DNA of 23,237 nucleotides, taken from positions 1 to 23,237 of the forward strand of contig JBGAJQ010000075.1 in the NCBI GenBank assembly GCA_044224875.1, written 5' to 3'. This stretch comes from Gemmatimonadaceae bacterium. GTDB taxonomy: Bacteria; Gemmatimonadota; Gemmatimonadetes; Gemmatimonadales; Gemmatimonadaceae. The stretch's first letter is position 1. Every line of letters begins with the position of its first letter. The notes below the pieces were generated by a model. That model had not been told where the DNA came from. It saw nothing but the letters and a program-made list of their open reading frames with translations, and did no database searches. Below are positions 16,443 to 23,237 of the stretch, piece by piece. A program made the position numbers and the translations under genes.

Positions 16443-17149
16443 GGTTGACGTCCCAGGAGCCAGACCACGGCCCAGAAGGCATCGAGCACCAGAATCATCA
16501 CGGCGGAATAGACCACGGTGGCTGTCGCCGCATGGCCGACGCCCTCGGCGCCGCCGCGTGCATTCATGCCCTGCTGGCATACGCCCTTGAAGAAGTCGGC
16601 GGTCGTCAGGTCGAGCAGGGAGATCGAGGCCAACCAGCCCGCGCCGACTCCGGCGACGATTGCGAGTCCAACGACCACGGGGAACATGGCGGTGCCGGCC
16701 AGCACGCGAGGGAAGACGAGATAGGCGAAGGGATCGTAGGCCAGGGTTTCCAGGGCGTCGACTTGCTCCGTCACCTTCATGGTCCCGAGTTCGGCGGCGA
16801 TCTTCGCCCCTACCCGGCCGGCCAGAGCGAGCCCCGTGAGCACCGGTGCCAACTCCATCGCCACCGTTTTCTCCACCAGGGTGCCAACGAAGTAGAGCGG
16901 AACGGCGCGCGTGAAGGCGTAGCTGGCGAGGAGTGACAGGACGATGCCGGTGAACACCGCGATGTAGAGGGCGATGGGGAGCGAGTCCACGCCTAACGCC
17001 CTAGCCTGCAATGTGGCCAGGGGGCCCCACGTGCGAATGTCCGACACCGCGCGACCCGTGTCGGCGGCAAAGCGCCCGGTGCGACCCAGGCCCTCCACCT
17101 GGTCCGTCACATACCGTCCTACGCGTTCAACAAGGGCGCGCCCTGGCAT
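16439..17149 (-). CDS. mlaE: MlaE family ABC permease (apparently internally shortened)
   Basis: GVDSLPI, ELAPVLTGLALAGRVGAKIAAELGTMKVTEQVDALETL..DP..YLVFPR, GGAEGVG.A.T..VV. Confidence 0.9.
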   Translation of the reverse strand: MPGRALVERVGRYVTDQVEGLGRTGRFAADTGRAVSDIRTWGPLATLQARALGVDSLPIALYIAVFTGIVLSLLASYAFTRAVPLYFVGTLVEKTVAMELAPVLTGLALAGRVGAKIAAELGTMKVTEQVDALETLAYDPFAYLVFPRVLAGTAMFPVVVGLAIVAGVGAGWLASISLLDLTTADFFKGVCQQGMNARGGAEGVGHAATATVVYSAVMILVLDAFWAVVWLLGRQP

Positions 17150-17158
17150 AGTCCCTTC

Positions 17159-17177
17159 CCGGCGCGCGTCGCGCCGG
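17159..17177 (-). other. Perfect 8-bp GC hairpin between the response regulator stop and the mlaE RBS
   Basis: CCGGCGCG-3nt-CGCGCCGG fills the gap, followed on the minus strand by GAAGGGA-CT-ATG. There is no U-tract. Confidence 0.5.
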
Positions 17178-17837
17178 CTACTGGCTCAACAGACCGAGTC
17201 TGAGCGCAAACTGCACATAGTCCGCACGATGCGACAGGCCCAGCTTTTCATTGATGCGTTGTTTGTACGTATCCACCGTCTTGGGGCTGATGAACAGGCG
17301 CTCGCCGATCTCCGGCGCCGAGTATCCTTGTGCCGTCAGCCTCAACACGTCACGTTCCCGTTCGGTCAGCTTCTCGAAGCGCTCGCGGTCCGCCTGGTGC
17401 GGGTCCTTGCGCGTCAGCCCCTTCGCCAGCACGCGCGCGGCCGTGGGCCGCACGTACACATCGCCCTTGGCCACGGCGCGGACGGCATCGACCAACTCGC
17501 GATCGGCCGCACTCTTCACCAGGTAGCCGGCCGCTCCCGCCTCCAGCAGCGGTACGAGGTAGTCTTCCTCCGGGTGCATGGTGAGGATCAGGACGCGCGT
17601 GTCCACTCCCTTGGCGACGATCTCGCGCGTCGCCGTGGCGCCGTCCATGGTGTCCATCGACAGGTCCATCACCACGACGTCTGGCTTGAAGCGGTCCACC
17701 AACGACACCGCTTCCTGGCCGTTCCTCGCTTCACCGATGACGTCGATGTCCTTGGCCGTGCCTAACACGGCCTTCAACCCCGCGCGCACCACGGTGTGAT
17801 CGTCCGCCAGCACTACACGTATCAGGTCGCCACTCAT
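17178..17837 (-). CDS. NarL/NreC/DosR-family (LuxR-HTH) response regulator
   Basis: VVLADDH, VVMDLSM, ILTMH, GYLVK; HTH LTERERDVLRL.AQG.S..EIGERLFISPKTVDTY; ATGA overlap with the upstream kinase. Confidence 0.95.
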   Translation of the reverse strand: MSGDLIRVVLADDHTVVRAGLKAVLGTAKDIDVIGEARNGQEAVSLVDRFKPDVVVMDLSMDTMDGATATREIVAKGVDTRVLILTMHPEEDYLVPLLEAGAAGYLVKSAADRELVDAVRAVAKGDVYVRPTAARVLAKGLTRKDPHQADRERFEKLTERERDVLRLTAQGYSAPEIGERLFISPKTVDTYKQRINEKLGLSHRADYVQFALRLGLLSQ

Positions 17838-18994
17838 GTCTCGCTGCTCCTGGCTCTGAGGCTCCCCACCATCGGGGGCTTTGCCGCTTGTCCGTCCTGC
17901 CGCACGATGCCCGCCATCGGGATCGTGACAATCACTCGCGTACCCGTCGTGGCGTCGCTTCGGATCTCCACCCCTCCGCCAACGAGCGCGGCACGCTCCC
18001 GCATGGCAAACAACCCCATGCCGGATCTCCGGTCCTCTGCCTCCGCCACGTCAAACCCGATGCCGTCGTCACTCACTTCCAGCCGTGCCACGCCGCTGTG
18101 CACTCCCACGTTCAACGTCACGCGCGACGGGTGCCCATGTCGCACGGCGTTGTTCACGGCCTCCTGCGCCACACGATACAGCGCCGACGTCAGACCGTCG
18201 TGAATCGTCTCGGCAGCGTCCTCGGCGTTTACCCGTACATCGACGTTCGACCGCAACTGCGTCTCGCGCGCCAGGTGCTCCAGCGCCGCAACCAACCCCC
18301 GATCCTCCAACACCCGGGGGTGCACGGTGTGCGCCAGCATCTTGAGTTCGTCCAGTACACCGGCGGAAATCCGCCGCACGCGATCCAGTCGCTCCCTCAG
18401 GAGCGGATCACGATTGGCGCTGTCCAACGCACTCAGCTCGAGTAACAGCCCTGCCAGCGTTTGTGCTGACGAGTCGTGCAATTCGCGTGCGATCCGCGCC
18501 CGTTCGGCATCGCCCGCCTGCAGCACCTGAGAAGCCATCGCCCGAAGCTTAATGCGGTCCGTCGTCAAGCCATCCAACAACACGTTCAGCGCGCCGCCGA
18601 TCCGCAACATATCCCGGTCGGCCACGGCCGAGCGAGGCACCCGAGCCTCCAGGTCCCCACGCCAGATTCGCTGCGCCGTCGTCTCTAGATCATCCAGCGG
18701 GCGAAGGGCGATCAGCACCAGCGCCACATTTATCACCAAGGCGCCTGCCAGCGCCACTGCCAGCACGATCATGAGGCGCGCGTCCGCCTCTGTGCGATTC
18801 ACGACGCTGAACCCCGTCAGCAGCCCAGCCACGACGATCAATGCGTTTGCGCCGGCGATCTTGGCGACCAGCGGGACGCGCAAGAGCCCTTCGAGCCAGC
18901 GAGGAAGCCGTCTCGAATGGGCGTCGCCTTCCGCTAGTGCCCGATCATTCGATGTTGATGGGGCGACTTCCTGCCGGGGGGACTTGTTCGTCAC
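17834..18994 (-). CDS. HisKA_3 (NarX/NreB/LiaS-type) histidine kinase with TM hairpin and HAMP
   Basis: Two adjacent TM helices, HAMP (LRPLDDL...GDLEAR), ERARIARELHD, YRVAQEAVNNAVRH, DDGIGF, GMGLFAMRER. Confidence 0.93.
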   Translation of the reverse strand: MTNKSPRQEVAPSTSNDRALAEGDAHSRRLPRWLEGLLRVPLVAKIAGANALIVVAGLLTGFSVVNRTEADARLMIVLAVALAGALVINVALVLIALRPLDDLETTAQRIWRGDLEARVPRSAVADRDMLRIGGALNVLLDGLTTDRIKLRAMASQVLQAGDAERARIARELHDSSAQTLAGLLLELSALDSANRDPLLRERLDRVRRISAGVLDELKMLAHTVHPRVLEDRGLVAALEHLARETQLRSNVDVRVNAEDAAETIHDGLTSALYRVAQEAVNNAVRHGHPSRVTLNVGVHSGVARLEVSDDGIGFDVAEAEDRRSGMGLFAMRERAALVGGGVEIRSDATTGTRVIVTIPMAGIVRQDGQAAKPPMVGSLRARSSET

Positions 18995-19111
18995 GCGATC
19001 GTCGCTCGAAGAACATCACGCTGTGGGGGATGCCAGCCACAAGGGCAGATGCGCCCGGACTAACGGTAGGCCGCAGCGACGTAGGGAATGGGGGGTGGAA
19101 ATCATGCAACC

Positions 19112-19134
19112 ATTGTCGGTTTTTCCCCTACAAT
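19112..19134. promoter_or_regulatory. Imperfect palindrome, candidate NarL-family operator in the divergent kinase/acg promoter region
   Basis: ATTGTCGG-N7-CCTACAAT (7 of 8 pairs), with further GTAGG half-sites at ~19066 and ~19081. Confidence 0.5.
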
Positions 19135-19266
19135 AGAAGGATTTCTCTCACTGTGCGGTCCTCAACCTCACCACGCGATGTGCTAACAGCCCCTGACTCC
19201 CGATCCTGTTTCGCGCAGCGATTCTAGCTCCGTTCGCATCCCGCGTACCGTTTTCGGGAGGTCCTC

Positions 19267-20280
19267 ATGGTCGACCCTGACCCGGCCTCAGCAGCCGTGC
19301 ATACCGGTGAGCATCCGCAGAGGGCGCTGTCGGAGTTGCGGATCTCCAGGTTCGCAGCCCCACGCGCCACACCGCGCGACGATGTGCCGTGGCGGGTAGA
19401 GGAGAAGGACGGGTCGGTGGAGCTTCAGGTCGTGCGGCTCATGGAGGAGGACATCAGCGATCCCGTCAACGCATCGATCCTGCTGGCCTGCGGTGGCGTC
19501 CTGGAGAATCTCAGGCTGGCGCTTAACAGCGCCGGCTTCGCGGGAGACGTCACGCTCTTTCCCGATCCGTCCAATGACGACCTATTGGCAGTCTTGCGGC
19601 CAGGGGAAGTGCGCGAACCGGGGCACGAGGAACACGCGCTTTTTTCCGTGCTCGAGCGATCCCTGCAGAGCGGACCGGAGGGCATTGCACCGAGTCTGAC
19701 TGGGCTGGGCGGCGGCGGTCGCTTGGCCCCGGCGCAGCTCGCCGTGTTTCATCACGCCGCGCGGTCGCGGGGCTGCTGGATCGACCTCATCACGGATGAC
19801 GTGCGTCGGTCCATGCTGGCCGAGATGGTGGCGCGGGCCGCAACGCTTTCCGACGCCGCCATGGGCTCGCGTCCGCTGTTCTCGCTCTTCACGTCGGAGC
19901 CGTTAGGCACGTTGCCACTCATTGAGCGCGACCCGTTCGGTCTCGATCGGCTCTTTGCCCTGCTCGGCGCGCAGGTGCGTGCTGGCCCGCCACGTCATCG
20001 CATGCCCAAGACGTGGCCGGGAAGCACCGTGGTCGAGGCGCCATTGCTGGCGATCCTCGGCTCAAGCGACGACACGCCAAAGGACTGGATGCTGGCGGGA
20101 GGGGCAATCCAGCGCGTGCTGTTGCATGCGACCATTCAGAATCTGGCGGCGACCTTCTTTGTCGAGCCTCTTCGCCACCCCATGGTGCGCGATCAGTTGC
20201 GACTGATGCTCTTTGCGGCGGGACAACCCCACGCGGTCATACGGCTCGAGGAGGCTTTGCCGGTCGCGCCCCCAGCGTAG
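19267..20280 (+). CDS. Acg-like (two-domain nitroreductase-fold) protein, degenerate
   Basis: RBS GGGAGG. Acg-family segments PWR, DP...ILLACGGVLENLRLAL, LFPDP..DLLA.L and DTPKDWMLAGGAIQRVLLHAT...P.AVIRL. Confidence 0.78.
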   Translation: MVDPDPASAAVHTGEHPQRALSELRISRFAAPRATPRDDVPWRVEEKDGSVELQVVRLMEEDISDPVNASILLACGGVLENLRLALNSAGFAGDVTLFPDPSNDDLLAVLRPGEVREPGHEEHALFSVLERSLQSGPEGIAPSLTGLGGGGRLAPAQLAVFHHAARSRGCWIDLITDDVRRSMLAEMVARAATLSDAAMGSRPLFSLFTSEPLGTLPLIERDPFGLDRLFALLGAQVRAGPPRHRMPKTWPGSTVVEAPLLAILGSSDDTPKDWMLAGGAIQRVLLHATIQNLAATFFVEPLRHPMVRDQLRLMLFAAGQPHAVIRLEEALPVAPPA

Positions 20281-20301
20281 GTCCGCGACCGAACGAACGC
20301 A

Positions 20302-20336
20302 AACGGCGGGCGTCGAAGGTCGCCCGCCGTTGTTCG
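20302..20336. terminator. Bidirectional intrinsic terminator between convergent acg-like and usp genes
   Basis: AACGGCGGGCG-8nt-CGCCCGCCGTT perfect 11-bp stem with T-rich tails on both strands. Confidence 0.8.
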
Positions 20337-20349
20337 TGTGCGGTGTGCT

Positions 20350-21639
20350 CTACCGCGCGAGCATGAGTATCGTCTGCCCAGCGCCGTGACGGATACGGAG
20401 GATCCAGTCACGCCCCTGTTCGTCATGCAGTACATCGATGGCACGAACGTTTGAGATGCCTCGCGTCAGGTGTCGGCGGACTCCCTCGAAGTCCCCTAGC
20501 ATGAGCTCGATCCGACGGTCGTGGTGATCGTAGGCCGCTCCCAGGAACGGATAGTCGTGTTCCTGCGTCTGTGAACCGAAGTCCGGATCGTCGACTTCCA
20601 GCGTTGCGCGCCGTCCGGCGTTTCGTTTGGTGAACGCCTCGAGCTCGCGGGCCCACTGGGCCTCTGCGAGGGACAAGCGTTGTTGCGCGGGCACCGTGAC
20701 CAGTCGCTCTCCGCCTAACGGTGCCGGCACGCCGAACACGGAGCAGGACGAGCCGCGAATCAACCCGGTCGCCGTGCTGCCGACCAGCAATCGATCGATG
20801 AACCCCGCACCGCGACTGCCCGTGACGATAACGTCCGCGTGGGACGATCGGGCGAACTCCAGCATCTCGCGCGATGGCTTGCCCTGGAGTGTCAGCGTCT
20901 CCACGGTGACATTCGGCGGAAGCTGCAGCTCGGCCTTCACGCGAGCGAACGCCGGTTCGACCCCCTCGCCGTACGCGCTCATCCAGGCGGCGAACGCTTC
21001 GGGTTGCAGCTCCAGACGCGGCGCCACATGAACCAGGTAAATCATCGACAGCGTGTCGAACGTGTCGATGGCGGCACGTGCCGCGCGCACGCTGGCAGCG
21101 CTGAAGTCGGTAGCGATCACGGCCTTCCGTGGCAATGCCGCCGTCTGCAACGAGACGGCCCACACCGGCACGCGGGACATCCGAAGCGTATGGAGGGCCG
21201 TCTCCCCGCCGAAGAGCCGGTCGAGGATCTCATGGTGGCCGATCCCGACGATGATCATGCGCGCCTTGAGTTCCCGAGCCACGCGCGCAATGACCGATGG
21301 CGGATCTCCATCGAGGATTTGCACCTTCCACAGCGCACTGTCACCAGCCACGGCGCGCACCTGGTCGCGAACCCTTTTGCTGAGCGCGTCACGCCGAGCT
21401 TCTTCGGCGTCGGCCGGTGGCAAGAGTAACCCATAGTCCGCCGCCACCAGTGGCAGCGGCTCCAACACAGCGATCGCGTGGACGTCCATGGCACCGTGAG
21501 CGGCCATCTGGGCCGCTACGCGCAAGGCAGCGTCAGCCGATCCCGTTCCGTCAGTTGCGACAACGATGGGACCGAGCGGATGCAGTTCATCCGCGACCAG
21601 TTCGTTCCCGGCAGCCGGGGTCGCAAGTGCAGTGGCCAT
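20350..21639 (-). CDS. Tandem universal stress protein (2x USP) fused to a C-terminal DUF5335-like domain
   Basis: USP1 IVVATDGT.SA..AL...GDP...I; USP2 VIATDFS..S..A...G.P...DVIVTGSRG...LLVGSTA..L; about 105 extra C-terminal residues (W..ELEAFT.RN.GR...LEV.....G.Q......F.G..YD). RBS GGAGG. Confidence 0.88.
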   Translation of the reverse strand: MATALATPAAGNELVADELHPLGPIVVATDGTGSADAALRVAAQMAAHGAMDVHAIAVLEPLPLVAADYGLLLPPADAEEARRDALSKRVRDQVRAVAGDSALWKVQILDGDPPSVIARVARELKARMIIVGIGHHEILDRLFGGETALHTLRMSRVPVWAVSLQTAALPRKAVIATDFSAASVRAARAAIDTFDTLSMIYLVHVAPRLELQPEAFAAWMSAYGEGVEPAFARVKAELQLPPNVTVETLTLQGKPSREMLEFARSSHADVIVTGSRGAGFIDRLLVGSTATGLIRGSSCSVFGVPAPLGGERLVTVPAQQRLSLAEAQWARELEAFTKRNAGRRATLEVDDPDFGSQTQEHDYPFLGAAYDHHDRRIELMLGDFEGVRRHLTRGISNVRAIDVLHDEQGRDWILRIRHGAGQTILMLAR

Positions 21640-21726
21640 TAACCGTTCCTCCGGTGTCGCGCCGACCGAAGGTCACTCGCCGTGATCGGCGCTCATGCGG
21701 AAAGTCGCCTGCACGGCGAGGGCCGT

Positions 21727-21786
21727 CTGTAGGCCCCCGCACCCGCGCCTGTAGGCACTCCCCACCATGGAAAGTGAGGGTTTTCC

Positions 21787-21800
<14 letters not shown>
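21727..21800. promoter_or_regulatory. Array of candidate regulator sites upstream of the usp gene
   Basis: Direct repeat CTGTAGGC at 21727 and 21749 (22-bp spacing); palindrome TGAGG-GTTTT-CCTCA at 21775-21789, overlapped by a similar TCAGGGATTTCCAC at 21787-21800. Confidence 0.5.

Positions 21801-23237
<1,437 letters not shown>

Larger units (their letters stand above)
1093..20719. repeat. Dispersed short motif GTTAGG (consensus CGTTAGGY), 17 copies on both strands
   Basis: Manual scan. GTTAGG on + at 2456, 3935, 9616, 10479, 12606, 13812, 16408, 19902; CCTAAC at 1093, 3303, 3540, 5555, 7465, 15559, 16992, 17761, 20714. Confidence 0.85.

Noticed and set aside
16443..16580. 46-aa N-terminal extension of MlaD in the ORF track
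   Set aside because: Lies inside mlaE; the ATGA-coupled start at 16442 gives a canonical MlaD N-terminus.
18995..19266. FNR/CRP box or sigma54 promoter in the hypoxia-like cluster
   Set aside because: No TTGAT-N4-ATCAA, TGTGA-N6-TCACA or correctly spaced GG-N10-GC consensus found.
1093..20719. GTTAGG as telomere-like repeat, CRISPR/REP remnant or Chi/KOPS site
   Set aside because: Copies are never tandem, share no longer flanks and are not palindromic; the 8:9 strand split argues against a polarised motif.

Overview
GC-rich (roughly 65% by eye) chromosomal segment. Gene content (SusC/SusD pair outside an AT-rich context, plug-only TonB-like protein, USP/Acg cluster) suggests Gemmatimonadota; this is inference. 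The left half (1-10.5 kb) is a peptide-scavenging neighbourhood: an M28 lipoprotein peptidase missing from the ORF track, a CPBP membrane protease, a barrel-less TonB plug protein, susC-susD, and a multiply frameshifted S9 peptidase running in frame into a TPR domain. The middle holds a mannose-1-phosphate guanylyltransferase-like gene and a UbiE/MenG methyltransferase. The right half (12.6-21.8 kb) looks like an oxygen/hypoxia-response island: HisKA_3 kinase, NarL/NreC-type regulator, mlaE-mlaD without mlaF, FixL-like heme-PAS kinase, PNPOx-like flavoprotein, atypical single receiver, degenerate Acg nitroreductase and a USP-USP-DUF5335-like fusion, with shared GTAGG/CCTAC-type palindromic sites. 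An amino-acid permease runs off the right edge. The most unusual signal is the hexamer GTTAGG (mostly CGTTAGGY), found 17 times on both strands. It is embedded in genes through rare TTA/CTA codons and stop codons, behaving like a selected DNA-level signal. I found no rRNA, tRNA, CRISPR array or mobile element.
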